In this document: one piece after another, positions 53,201 to 61,537 of the stretch
Numbering within the stretch: the first letter of the stretch is position 1
How the letters are laid out: every line of letters begins with the position of its first letter
NCBI GenBank assembly: GCA_965113315.1
Contig: OZ220363.1
DNA: 64,000 bases
From: Podarcis vaucheri
Taxonomy: Eukaryota
Strand: one strand, 5' to 3'
The notes under the pieces: model-generated
What the model saw: the letters and a program-made list of their open reading frames with translations, nothing else
What the model was told of the DNA's origin: nothing
Databases searched by the model: none
Program-made: the position numbers and the translations under genes

Positions 53201-54834
53201 GTAGGCACTGTCATATCATTTAACAATTTAATTTGGTTAAATGGAATAATTGTAACTGTCAAACAGATCCTATTACACGATAATATTATTAACTTGTTAT
53301 GTTTATATTAGTTTTTATTTATGATTAGCTAATATTGATAGGTGAATTCAAATATTCACAGCAAAAAAAAATCCTTGAAATCTTGCTGATCCAAATGCTT
53401 GTAAAAAATACCCAAACCCTCCTGATGTGCATCATATGTAGTTATATTAATATATTATGTTGTCCTATACTAAACAAAAGAGCTTTTGCTTTGTTCTTTA
53501 ATCCAGAAAAGAACAAAGCTTTTGTAGCTTTTTGAGAAAACAGTGTGTACAGTAATTTCTGTAAAAACCATGACAACAAAAAATGGCTTCCTTTCCTTTT
53601 TGAAATAACTGTTTTGGTAACACTGAACACTATACAGTGGTGCCCCGCAAGACGAATGCCTTGCAATACAGAAAACTCGCTAGACGAAAGAGTTTTCCGT
53701 TTTGGAGGTGCTTCGCAAAATGAATTTCCTATGGGCTTGCTTCGCAAGACGACAATGTCTTGCGAGTTCCTACTGGTTTTTTTTCCTTCCCCCCCCTTTT
53801 CTAAGCTGCTAAGCTGCTTATCAGCTGATCCGATCAGCAGATAAGCCGCTAAAAGCCGCTAATAGCGCTAATCCGCTAATCCGTCAATGGGCTTGCTTCA
53901 CAAGACGAAAAAACCGCTAGACGAAGAGAATCACAGAACGGATTCTTTTCGTCTTGCGAGGCACCACTGTACCTTATGCAAGTAATGAAGATTGTATGTA
54001 AAGTTTCCTTACCTTTGGATAAGGGTACTGTTTTCCTCTGGGATACAGGAATCCAGTAAACCGGGGAATAACCATGTTTGGTACCAATGAGTCGTTTATC
54101 ATAAGAAATGCCAGCCTCTCTCCATCAGGTGACCACCAGTGAGTTATGTGAGAATGAAGGAGCTCCTCTGGGGGAGGGGAGGGAAAATGTTCTTAAAACC
54201 CATGAAATTAACAATTTCCATATATAATTCAGATCCCAATCTGAGGGAAGAATCCCAATCCACTGGCTGCCCACAACAGCTTCACCACTTTCTCCACTGT
54301 CGTCTAAAGTCTGACTGAAGATTGCTTTATATACACATTTTGCTGCTGTTGGCAAACTTCCTACTGTTAAAAATAAATCAAACAGAGCAAACAGACAATT
54401 TTGTACCAGTTAGGCCATAGCACAGCCAGGAGGCTGTGATTTTGTATATTCAACTAGATTAGTACTGTTTTGAAATCTGTTCTTCAATATCTCAAAAAAA
54501 TTTTTTTTTTTACTGCAAAAAGGCTTTTCTTTTCCTTTTTTGTAGATCTCATTCTCAGAATACTTAGAATTTCTGTGATTGTGGGGTTTCAGCTTACTTT
54601 ATTCTTTCGAGCTGACCCAAGGTGGTGTGTCTGTTTCCTCTCCAGTAAACCTTTCTGCAGTCTCCTTAGCTGCTCACACTTCCTGATCTGAAAACACTCA
54701 ATTGGAGGAGTAACCTCATGATATCTTTACCTAGTCTTCATCTGTGGAAAGCTGGAGAGGCTGCAGAGTGAAGACCACTGGTGGGATGATTTAATGAATG
54801 AAAGAAACAGACACCTGAGAATTTCATTGACACA

Positions 54835-54865
<31 letters not shown>

Positions 54866-55595
54866 GAAGTGGCTGTATCTCCTTCCATAGTCTTGTGAAA
54901 AATATAAACTGAGATGCTGCAGGAAGAAATGTAAAATGCCAACAGCTTTTTAGCTGCCTTGCATGAACCACAATTTTTAATGCTTGTCTTTATAACCACG
55001 GATTACTTCCAGGGCACTGTTGGGTCCCTTATTATTCTGCATCCCTATATTTATTTGCATCAGAATAGTTATATGCAACCAAAGTATAATATTTGTGATG
55101 CAATGCAAAACTAATAGTCATATTTATAAGTTGAGCATAATCATATACAATTCCTGCAAATATGCCAATGAAAAATAGGTGGAGTAATTTTCAGGGCTGT
55201 TATGCAAAATAATGTATTTTCTTGTTCTGTTCCCTTCCCCATACAATAGTTTTCTTCTTGAAACAAGAAAATAAGAAGGATTTTGACAATTTAAATGATC
55301 ACAAACAAAAGCTTATATATAGGCATCCCTTTGTTATAATGCAGACAATTTTGCAAGAAAACATTAAAAAGAAAAATCAACAGCATTGTCCTATAATGAA
55401 CAGATTGTTCTCAGAAAAATTGAATGCATGTATGTCCTCTGCATTTCTAATAAAGTTGCATCTGTGCAATTTACCTTCATATAACCAGTCTGCAATTCCG
55501 TTAAATACAATTCCTTCTTTTCCAGACGATGTTAGTCGCAATGAGCTACTCTTTACATCAGGCTGGTAGTAGATGTTATTTTCAAAAATGTAAAT
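5785..55595 (-). CDS. DPP10: DPP10, inactive dipeptidyl peptidase 10 (Kv4 auxiliary subunit); partial gene, 19 coding exons (about exons 8-26), 605 aa + stop
   Basis: Spliced translation is colinear with vertebrate DPP10 as I recall it: [55 protein letters not shown] (Gly at the nucleophile position; DPP4 has GWSYGG, DPP6 GKDYGG), [19 protein letters not shown]-terminal QEPEEDE*. All 18 introns are GT-AG and the phases are continuous; exon lengths sum to 1818 nt. Confidence 0.97.
6299..6481 (-). mobile_element. Tc1/mariner (pogo/Tigger-like) MITE, family E1, internally deleted copy in reverse orientation
   Basis: TA|CAGTGGTACCTCGGGTTA...TAACCCGAGGTACCACTG|TA; body is the reverse complement of the other four copies. 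Confidence 0.9.
6484..6681. mobile_element. Second Tc1/mariner MITE (family E2) abutting E1, with truncated left TIR
   Basis: Right end GGACTCACAGCAAGGTACTACTG|TA; left remnant CCTTGTTTTGAGTCC is its inverse; central CTGCGCATGC motif shared with 27897-28081. Confidence 0.75.
7428..7501 (-). CDS. DPP10: DPP10 exon ~25 (74 bp): (T)[24 protein letters not shown]
   Basis: cacag|CTAAAG...ATGCAG|gtatg. Confidence 0.96.
8931..9003 (-). CDS. DPP10: DPP10 exon ~24 (73 bp): [24 protein letters not shown](T)
   Basis: ctaaag|GCATCC...CTGATA|gtaag; preceded by a 99-bp intron. Confidence 0.96.
9103..9161 (-). CDS. DPP10: DPP10 exon ~23 (59 bp): (A)[19 protein letters not shown]
   Basis: tgcag|CATCAG...TATCAG|gtaag. 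Confidence 0.96.
9386..9485 (-). CDS. DPP10: DPP10 exon ~22 (100 bp): [33 protein letters not shown](A)
   Basis: tgtag|GGCTAT...TGTATG|gtgag; overlaps track ORF 9267-9461. Confidence 0.96.
9788..9861 (-). mobile_element. Squam3-like SINE 3' fragment
   Basis: cataggaag..tcttatac..cagactattggtcc.tcta.ctcagtattg matches the reverse complement of 34430-34513. Confidence 0.65.
11524..12319. mobile_element. hAT-like non-autonomous composite element with internal foldback
   Basis: Termini CAGGCCTTTTTT...AAAAAAAGCACTG; right end shared with the mini element at 56513-56581; GC-rich interior; no clear TSD. Confidence 0.6.
13150..13400 (-). mobile_element. Penelope-like element terminal-repeat fragment
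   Basis: GGTAGCCATGTTGGTCTG...GAGACCAACTAAGTTTGTT..GGTATAAGCTT.TGTGTGCATGCAC resembles squamate Penelope pLTR sequence (recalled, not searched); flanked by direct repeat CAAATGCAGGA at 13136-13146 and 13401-13411. Confidence 0.65.
13605..13733 (+). mobile_element. L2-type LINE 3' end with (ATT)n tail
   Basis: GGAAGCCGCCCAGAGTGGCTGGGGAAACCCAGCCAGATGGGCGGGGTATAAAT + (ATT)n; same tail at 43375-43420 and 63238-63300. Confidence 0.8.
14318..14440. mobile_element. Short hAT-type MITE
   Basis: Inverted ends GAATGGGTAACCTG / CAGGTTACCCATTC; internal GGACTCCAATTCCCAT motif shared with 59330. Confidence 0.6.
14480..15080 (-). mobile_element. Degenerate L2-clade LINE reverse transcriptase fragment
   Basis: Frameshifted remnants GVLQG (GVPQG), [13 protein letters not shown] (W..NKLKLNP), [23 protein letters not shown] (LQ.VQN.AARL..HI.P.L..LH). 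Confidence 0.8.
15254..15308 (-). CDS. DPP10: DPP10 exon ~21 (55 bp): (E)[18 protein letters not shown]
   Basis: tacag|ATACTT...GGAAAG|gtaac. Confidence 0.95.
16378..16572 (-). CDS. DPP10: DPP10 exon ~20 (195 bp): (V)[64 protein letters not shown](E)
   Basis: tacag|CGATGA...GTAGA|gtacgt; lies inside track ORF 16269-16616. Confidence 0.96.
18579..18616. repeat. (ATCT)n microsatellite
   Basis: Read directly. Confidence 0.95.
19960..22100 (-). mobile_element. Old L2-clade LINE ORF2 relic (endonuclease through 3' end), interrupted at about 21470-21835
   Basis: Minus-strand remnants [18 protein letters not shown] (~22035-21975; APE D...ITETWL motif), NDFNAHVD (~21418-21395; GDFN motif), [13 protein letters not shown] (~21130), RKLSLV (~20540). 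Confidence 0.7.
23013..23241. mobile_element. hAT-type MITE with 8-bp TSD
   Basis: TIR CAGGGATGGAGAACC / GGTTCCCCAACCCTG; TSD GCATAAAG / GCATAAGG. Confidence 0.75.
24027..24063. repeat. (GA)n microsatellite
   Basis: Read directly. Confidence 0.95.
24743..25109 (+). mobile_element. Full-length Sauria SINE (Squam1/lacertid type)
   Basis: GGGACGTAGGTGGCGCTGTGG A-box, GGTTCGAATC B-box, (ACCTTT)n tail; perfect 12-bp TSD TACCACTGAAAG at 24730-24741 and 25110-25121. Confidence 0.92.
25165..25195. repeat. (TAG)n microsatellite
   Basis: Read directly. Confidence 0.9.
25303..25520. mobile_element. Old unclassified short interspersed repeat (related copies near 110-260, 33215-33440, 44245-44490, 58575-58750)
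   Basis: Shared core CCTC.CC..CCAAAT.TGCTCTG.AGG and GCAAGCAGAAATGCTTGCACTGAT motifs. Confidence 0.55.
27669..27894 (+). mobile_element. Tc1/mariner MITE, family E1
   Basis: TA|CAGTGGTACCAC...GAGGTACCACTG|TA; internal TTCTTAACC repeats. Confidence 0.9.
27897..28081. mobile_element. Tc1/mariner MITE, family E2, sharing a TA with E1
   Basis: Left TIR CAGTGGTACCTCTGGTTG; degenerate right end AGGATCGACTA|TA; TCTGCGCATGCGCAGA palindrome. Confidence 0.75.
29155..29300. mobile_element. Young 146-bp hAT MITE
   Basis: Perfect 17-bp TIR CAGTGGCGTAGCGTGGG / CCCACGCTACGCCACTG; perfect 8-bp TSD AGTCTCAT at 29147-29154 and 29301-29308; CpGs intact. Confidence 0.93.
30800..30981 (-). mobile_element. Squam3-like tRNA-derived SINE, near full length
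   Basis: Reverse complement begins GCTGTAGCTCAGTGGTAGAGCAC..GCTTTGCACGCAGAAGG..TTCGATTCCTGGCAT. Confidence 0.8.
32009..32590. mobile_element. Tc1/mariner (Tc2/pogo-like) non-autonomous element with GC-rich interior
   Basis: TA|CCGTATTTTTCGCTCTATTGGATGCAC...GTGCGTCCTATAGAGCGAAAAATACGG|TA. Confidence 0.9.
33591..33660 (-). CDS. DPP10: DPP10 exon ~19 (70 bp): (E)[22 protein letters not shown](V)
   Basis: taaaag|AACTTC...ATAGT|gtgag; preceded by a 107-bp intron. Confidence 0.95.
33768..33866 (-). CDS. DPP10: DPP10 exon ~18 (99 bp): (K)[32 protein letters not shown](E)
   Basis: tgcag|AATTTT...ACTATG|gtaaa. Confidence 0.94.
34358..34513 (+). mobile_element. Squam3-like SINE, 5'-truncated
   Basis: AGAAGGTCC..TTCAATCCCTGACATCTCCAGGTAGGG...GGACCAATGGTCTGAC..TGTTCCTATG. 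Confidence 0.75.
36236..36283 (-). CDS. DPP10: DPP10 exon ~17 (48 bp): (G)[15 protein letters not shown](K)
   Basis: tatag|GACCTG...CTGAAA|gtaag. Confidence 0.94.
38152..38273 (-). CDS. DPP10: DPP10 exon ~16 (122 bp): (S)[40 protein letters not shown](G)
   Basis: ttcag|TGTGTC...GTAAAG|gtaag; lies inside track ORF 38129-38311. Confidence 0.96.
38376..38490. mobile_element. Palindromic MITE-like repeat (degenerate relative at about 465-570)
   Basis: GTTGTATG.AATGCT..AGAGTAGACCCATTAAAATTAAT / ATTAATTTCAATGGGTCTACTTT..AGCATTGGATACAAC inverted arms. Confidence 0.65.
38857..38904 (-). CDS. DPP10: DPP10 exon ~15 (48 bp): (I)[15 protein letters not shown](S)
   Basis: gccag|TTATTT...CATAG|gtaag. 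Confidence 0.95.
40404..40495 (-). CDS. DPP10: DPP10 exon ~14 (92 bp): [30 protein letters not shown](I)
   Basis: tgcag|ACCAAG...AAGAT|gtgag. Confidence 0.96.
42860..42925 (-). mobile_element. CR1 LINE 3' end
   Basis: Reverse complement GGATTGGACTAGATGAC...CCCTTCCAACTC...ATTCCATGATTCTGTG, the typical CR1 terminal (ATTCTRTG)n. Confidence 0.75.
42980..43420 (+). mobile_element. L2-type LINE 3' fragment
   Basis: [10 protein letters not shown]- and FKVL..FKALNGL-like remnants followed by the GCCACCCAGAGTGGCTGGGGCAAC tail. Confidence 0.8.
45194..45301 (-). CDS. DPP10: DPP10 exon ~13 (108 bp): [36 protein letters not shown]
   Basis: tatag|AATGAG...GTTCAG|gtagg. Confidence 0.96.
45922..45960 (-). 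CDS. DPP10: DPP10 exon ~12 (39 bp): [13 protein letters not shown]
   Basis: tttag|AAATAT...AAACAG|gtact; small phase-0 exon. Confidence 0.93.
46195..46676 (+). mobile_element. Degenerate L2-type LINE 3' fragment
   Basis: ATCAAAGTGCTGCTGCTGACCTTT start, AT-rich 3' region, (AAAT)n tail. Confidence 0.6.
48119..48242 (-). CDS. DPP10: DPP10 exon ~11 (124 bp): (R)[41 protein letters not shown]
   Basis: ccatag|AGAATAT...AGCATG|gtatg. Confidence 0.96.
48442..48650 (+). mobile_element. Tc1/mariner MITE, family E1
   Basis: TA|CAGTGGTACCTCTGGTTAC...GAGGTAACACTG|TA. Confidence 0.9.
49674..49705. repeat. (CA)n microsatellite
   Basis: Read directly. Confidence 0.95.
50178..50241. repeat. Compound (TC)n(CA)n microsatellite
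   Basis: Read directly. Confidence 0.95.
51635..51732 (-). CDS. DPP10: DPP10 exon ~10 (98 bp): [32 protein letters not shown](R)
   Basis: ttcaaag|GCAGGA...TCAAG|gtaag. Confidence 0.96.
53635..53969. mobile_element. Tc1/mariner MITE, family E3
   Basis: TA|CAGTGGTGCCCCGCAAGACGAA...TTCGTCTTGCGAGGCACCACTG|TA; internal (CCGCTAAT)-like repeats. Confidence 0.9.
54013..54167 (-). CDS. DPP10: DPP10 exon ~9 (155 bp): (E)[51 protein letters not shown]
   Basis: cccag|AGGAGC...CCAAAG|gtaa. Confidence 0.96.
55475..55595 (-). CDS. DPP10: DPP10 exon ~8 (121 bp): [40 protein letters not shown](E)
   Basis: tttag|ATTTAC...TATGAAG|gtaa; translation matches DPP10. Confidence 0.96.
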
Positions 55596-56512
55596 CTAAA
55601 TTAAGTAAGAGGGGGAAAGGTTTAATGCAGAAGCTAATGAATATTTTCAAGTTCAGTGGCAGGGGAAAAAATATGCAGTTTAATAATATTTTGTATTGTA
55701 AAGGATAACTCTTTCTAGTTTTCCACCAGCCATTTCCTTCCATTTACTGCTTTTTATTGTGATGTAGATTCCAGACATTACCAGAATGTGGAAATGGATA
55801 GAAGCTGAATAACGCACATTCACATTCACCCTGTTGGCCCTCTCACAACTCCAAAATATTCTCATTCATCTACATAGCAATTGTTGTTTTGCTTCATGCT
55901 GTTCGTGAGAAGGACCAAGATAGTAGGCTGTATGCTGAAATAGGACTGAAACTGAAGGACATAGCTGATATCCACAAGCTAAAGCTTATTTTGCTATTTC
56001 ATCGTCTCTATATTCTAGTTGTTTTTTTTATAAATTTTTTTTACATATTCTAGTTTTCTGGAAGTCCTACAACCTGTGTTACGGCCACCCAGCTGTGTCA
56101 GCTGTCCTGCTGTCATTGTTGGACCATAAATATTCAATCTGTTAGTGGAGCTGAGAGTTGTTAGTGCACAGTGGACCTAATGCACTTTACAGTTTAGTTG
56201 CTGAATATCCCGCCCCTCTGTGAGCTGGGCCCAGCAAATCCCCTCAGAACCCATCTCACCAGAGCAGCTCCCTCTGCCTCTCCCTCCCTTGCAGCCGGGC
56301 TCCAGCTCCAACCACGTCCCAGTGGAGGGACCCAGCAGCGAAATGTGTAGCCCCACAAGAAACAGGAAGGGAAGGGAGAATGTGCAGTCATTTCCTAACC
56401 TCGCCCCATGATGTGCTCGGCTTTCCCTCTCTGCCCTTGCCACTTAAGATCAGTTCCTCCTCTCCAGATATCTGGTAAACATATCCATTCATAATTATAT
56501 TTATTAATCTAC

Positions 56513-56581
56513 CTGTGCTTTTTTCTAGAAAAAAAGGTGCCAGTACTGTGTACCAGCACATACCGCCAGAAAAAAGAACTG
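56513..56581. mobile_element. 69-bp hAT-like mini element (termini only)
   Basis: CTGTGCTTTTTTCTAGAAAAAAAGGTGCCAG...AGAAAAAAGAACTG; same termini as 11524-12319. Confidence 0.55.
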
Positions 56582-57053
56582 GTCCCACATATATGACTTT
56601 TTAGTTACCATTCTAATTCCAGGGTCCACCAGCCACCATATGCATATAAATTGATTTGATGCATGTGTTCTTGTTGTTTTGCTCTCTCTCTCTGTATACT
56701 TTTAAAAAAAGTATTTATGGAAATATTGTAACTGTTTATATGTTTTCATTATATTGTAATTCGCTTTGGGATGCCTCGTGTGAAGAGAATCATAAATGAA
56801 ATAAGCATATATCTCCAATATGGATACTAGCACTCCAAACCAGAACTGTGAATTCTCATTTCAGAATAAAAAACTATAGTTCCACACAGGCATTTGACAC
56901 TGTGTACACAGTATACACAAAGGGTTGTATACTGGATCCCTTATGGACAGGCCATGAAGTGTTACAGCATTAGACCAAAAATGGTGGTCCTCTAATAAGT
57001 GGCTATTTTTTCCTAGGTTTTTAAAAACATTTATTCCTTCCCTTATTCATTTA

Positions 57054-57762
57054 CTGTATATACTCGAGTATAAGCCGACTTTTTCAGCACATTTTTAATG
57101 CTGAAAAAGCCCCCCCCCCCCATGGCTTATACTCAAGTGAGGCCGGTGGCAGCGGTGGCGGAGGGACGAGCAGCCCGAAAGGAGCCCTTTCTCACCGCTG
57201 GTCCCGCCACCGCCGCCCGCCTCTCGCAAGAGCAGGCACAGGAGCCATGGTTGGGAGAGGTGCTGCGCTGCACTGTGCCTCTCCCAACCGCGGCTCCTAT
57301 GCCTGCTCTTGCGAGCAGCAGAGGCAGCAGCGGAGGGATGAGCAGCCCAAAAGGAGCCCTTTTGGATTGCTCCTTCCTCCTCCACCGCCTTTGCTGCCAC
57401 CACCAGGTTTGTGGTGTGGTGAACCGGCATATACTTGAGTCAGTAAGTTTTCCCAGTTTTTTCTGCTAAAATTAGGTGCCTTAGCTTATATTCGGGTCAG
57501 CTTATACTTGATACAGTGGTACCTCGGGTTAAGTACTTAATTCGTTCCTGAGGTCCGTTCTTAACCTGAAACTGTACTTAACCTGAAGCACCTCTTTAGC
57601 TAATGGGGCCTCCTGCTGCCGCTGCACCACCAGAGCACGATTTCTGTTCTCATCCTGAAGCAAAGTTCTTAACCTGAAGCACTAGTTCTGGGTTAGCGGA
57701 GTCTGTAACCTGAAGCGTATGTAATCTGAAGCGTATGTAACCTGAGGTAACACCGTATAAGG
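57054..57762. mobile_element. Tc2/pogo-like non-autonomous element whose right TIR is split by an E1 MITE
   Basis: TA|CTGTATATACTCGAGTATAAGCCGAC...; right TIR GTCAGCTTATACTTGA-TA-[E1]-TA-TAAGG|TA. Confidence 0.85.
57514..57755 (+). mobile_element. Tc1/mariner MITE, family E1 (nested)
   Basis: TA|CAGTGGTACCTCGGGTTAAG...GAGGTAACACCG|TA. Confidence 0.92.
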
Positions 57763-59329
57763 TATCTTTTACAGTCTCTTACTATTTTATTCTCTTTTGG
57801 ACTCAAAGTTACTCATTAAAGTTGCCCTTTCCTATGTTCTTGTAAACAGCAGCCACAAACAGCTGTGTTTCCACAGAACTTAATTACTTTTTATAATTAA
57901 TTGCATAACAGAAAAGAACATACTAGCGATAGTGTAAAAAACAATGCACTTCTGACACTTTAAAAATACATAGGTATCTATCACTATAATCAGTTTAGGA
58001 GAACACAAAACCTTCTCATCTTTACACATAACAGTATGACCTTTGCTCCTTCAGCTCAAACACTCAGGGCTTCTGGGGCACAGCACTCCCACAGAGAATG
58101 TCAAGCAATTTTGGTTTAAAGAAACATGCCCCCTAAAGCTCAAAGCAATACACTCTTTCCTATCTCACACACACATTTTATACTTTTATTTGAACATTTC
58201 TATCAATCTATTGTTCTCTGGCCAATCAGGTCTATACAGCACTCAGTGTATCCTAATCCCAAAGTACAGAATGACCCAATTTCTAAACAAGAGGAATGTA
58301 TTTAGAAGGACTTTAAATGATTTCAACTTTTTGAATAAATCCATGAGAGGCACTGTTAAATAAATGAGAGGACTGTTAAATCAGTAGTTCTACAAATATT
58401 AAATAAAAGAAGTGACAGCATCCAGTTTTAGGAAAGATGTGAAACTCAAGTAATAATTAAAATAATGAAAGGCTACATAACCTACAGGCATGAAATGGAA
58501 GTGTTGCTTGTTTCTCTAGCTTTCTAAAAATATTACTACGTATATTAGATTGTAGCCCCAAGGTATAAGATTCACAGGTTTAAGACTGAATGTTGTGTAA
58601 GCAGACCTCTACCTGTGCCGTGGGACTTCACCTTCCTCTCCTTCCCCACTGTACCCCCAAAATCTGCCCTGGAAGATCTTCCAAAGATGAGAAATCCATT
58701 CCACCAATTGTGTCCATTCCACTGGTGGGCACTGTTGAATTGCACCCAAAAGTAGTACTGTATGTTATTTATAGAGCTAATGAAGATAATATTCATTATT
58801 TATTTTTAATACTAATCTCAGATACCAATCTGCTCAATGAAAGAATTGTTTTCTGTTTCTCTACTCCTGCATCATCTTGGAAAAGATGCAAAGCATTCAT
58901 AAACTTATAAACTTATAAGTTCTATTAGCTATGCTTATCAGATCCACATAAACATGCTGTCTACTGGAGAGAATCTTGCACCCACTTTGCTCCTCCATGG
59001 TCCTTTTAGCATGGACAGCATGCTGCAACAGCTAAGCCAAAGTCTGACTGAACCCTGGATTGTGGGGTTAAGGTCTCTCCTTCCTAAACACAATCATGAG
59101 TGGTGGTGGAAGAGTGTGTACTCACTTCGCTCCTCTTTGGGAGCAGGCTAAGAATGGCTGACTCTTGGACCATGCCAGCTGAATTTGCTCCCTTTTGGCT
59201 GCTCATCCATTTATATTACCTGGCTTGAATTGCACTGCCAACCTGCACAACACAAGGAAAAATATGCTACCTGACCAAGAAACTAAAGCCAAAGACTAAG
59301 TAGGATTTTTTTTAAAGTCGCCCTCTGTT

Positions 59330-59433
59330 ATGGGACTACAATTCCCATCATTCCTGACCACTGGCCTTGCTAGCTAGGAATGATGGAAGTTGTAGTCCAA
59401 AAACAGCTGGAGACCCAAGTTTGGGAAACACTG
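59330..59433. mobile_element. hAT-type MITE, right half
   Basis: GGACTACAATTCCCATCAT...ATGATGGAAGTTGTAGTCC internal hairpin, ending GTTTGGGAAACACTG. Confidence 0.7.
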
Positions 59434-60701
59434 GTCTAATTGATATGATATAATTTATAATCATGAGATGACTACGCAAAAATGTCACTAATAGGTATAG
59501 GAAGTTGTATTATTCAGGTCACAGTGCTCAATCCAATATAAATTTTGTGCATCTTCCAAAGCTTAGATATCTGACTGTCAGCTCACCACTATAGTCGTAT
59601 ATAATATTTAGAAGAATTTCTTGTGTTTTCCTTACCCAAATTAGTCTGAGTGTAATTTGCACTGCCAGCACTTCAAAGTTGTTGTTTGCTATGTTATTAA
59701 TAAAGCTATGGCCCTTTAACCTCATATGGTTGTCATGTTTGTTCATTCTGGTGTGTGGGTGTGAGAGGGATATCACATCTGTATAGCACTTTCACGGTTT
59801 TTAAAGTGTTTCACAAACATTATCAAGTTGTAATTCTTACAACAGCCCTGTAGGGTAAAGCATCAAAACAAAGTGAGGTATATATTTCTTTTTCTGTAAT
59901 TTCTTTCACTGTATCAATACTATATTGCAAGTACTGAATGTTAAGTGCAGTCCTATATATTATGATGATATATAGCATAATTCTGAAACTGCAGTTCTCC
60001 TGAAAATAGTTGAAAGAGAAATTGCTTACATGGTATCATATATAGATTCAAGTGTGTTCTCATAAATTTATTGGTGGCTTTGTGCCTAAAAAGCTTTCCC
60101 TGATTTTTGGCATGAAGATAAGAAATAAATTGAAAAAGGCAAGAGGTGGAACCAGGCTATATTACCTTGCATGAAAATCCTTCTTTTTTCTTTTTTTAAA
60201 AAAGCTTTTCTCCTAACTGTCCCTGTGTGAAGACTAATACCTTTGATTGCAATTTATTTAGTGATTAGTAAATTTGAAATATTTACAAGCTGGGACACAA
60301 ATACATGCACACACATGCATATTTCCATGTTACATCACAGAGCTCTTATCCTTTGGCAGTCCCATTCATGTACCATTTTGTTATTTAATAAATATATCTT
60401 TGGAAATTAGGATTAGAGGGGGCTTAAGAGTTTATCATAATCACATTTTTATGATACTGTGAAGAATTAAGGGTGCAGTCACATTAACATGGTACCTCTG
60501 TAAGGAAGCCTCCATGATACTGTATATTTATAGTTTCATAATAAAATGAAACGTTAATCATCCAGCTAAAGTAATTGTCATCTCTATGATGATAAAAACA
60601 AAGGTTTCGGGACCCAGTTACTGGTTCACATGCCATTATCTGAACAGACATTAATGGAATTGCTGATTTCATGGTTTGGCAAGAGATCCGGTACTTCAAG
60701 G

Positions 60702-61537
60702 CAGTGGTTTTCGACCTTTTTGAGTCCCGGGCTCCCTTGACCAGCCACGTTCTTTCTGTGGCTCCCCTGGGAATCCCCACTTATCATAGAATCAGAGTTG
60801 AAAGAGACCACAAGGGCCATCGAGTCCAACCCCCTGCCAAGCAGGGTTTCATTCTGGACTGCTGTGCACATCGCCAGGATGAGAGTAAGTGGGGATCCTC
60901 TCTACTCTGTCCCTGCCCCACCCCTTTCTAGTGCCATTTTCAATGTGTAAGTGGGAGTGTGCATGCTGATTGTGCATAAGTGAGGATTCCCCTGTACCAG
61001 GTAAAAACTTGTGTTGTTTTGCCATTTAGTGGTTTTGCATATTTTTGTTTTGGGGCAAAGGTGCCCTGCCTGACCTCACTTTTGTGTTTGGTCTGGATCT
61101 CCCCACCCCCCTCTGCCTTTGATGCAGTGGAGAAGGAGAGCTAGGAGGGGGAATAGAGAGAGAAGCTACTGTTTCTGCAGAAGCATGTACATTTTATCTT
61201 TAATGTGGGGTGGCAGGGGTTGTTTGCTTTTTAAAGAAGAGGGTGTGAGAGGTAAGTGCACACACATGGAGAGAGAGACAGGGAGGAAAATGAAGAGGGA
61301 ATGATACAGAAAGGAGCTTCTACATAGCGCACCAGAATTGTACAGGGGGGAGGACTAAGAATCTAGGACATATCTGGGAGAAGGCGGTGTGGATTGGTGA
61401 GAGTAGGCAGGAACAAGGAAGGGAAAGGGGATGGCGGTGGCAAGGAGGAAGAGGAGGGAAGAAAGGTTGGCTGTGGCACCCCTGAACATTCTTCAAGTCT
61501 CCCCAGTGAGCTGTGGGTCGCCAGCTGAAAACCACTG
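60702..61537. mobile_element. Charlie-like hAT non-autonomous element (836 bp) containing a CR1 3' fragment at 60783-60846
   Basis: TIR CAGTGGTTTTC / GAAAACCACTG; 8-bp TSD CTTCAAGG / CTTTAAGG; internal ATCATAGAATCAGAGTTGAAAGAGACC..AAGGGCCATCGAGTCCAACCCC (CR1 tail, minus strand). Confidence 0.8.

Noticed and set aside
53800-53885. Short repeated GCTAA(T/G)CC units resembling an array
   Set aside because: Internal low-complexity repeats of the E3 MITE with no unique spacers; not CRISPR-like, and this is eukaryotic DNA.
57095-57469. Overlapping 111, 123 and 63 aa ORFs
   Set aside because: GC-rich interior of a Tc2-like non-autonomous element; low-complexity translations.
60581-60648. C/D-box snoRNA-like pattern (ATGATGA 60586-60592 ... 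CTGA 60640-60643, weak terminal stem)
   Set aside because: It is antisense to the host gene, whereas vertebrate intronic snoRNAs are sense; no clear C'/D' boxes or rRNA-complementary guide; such motifs arise by chance.
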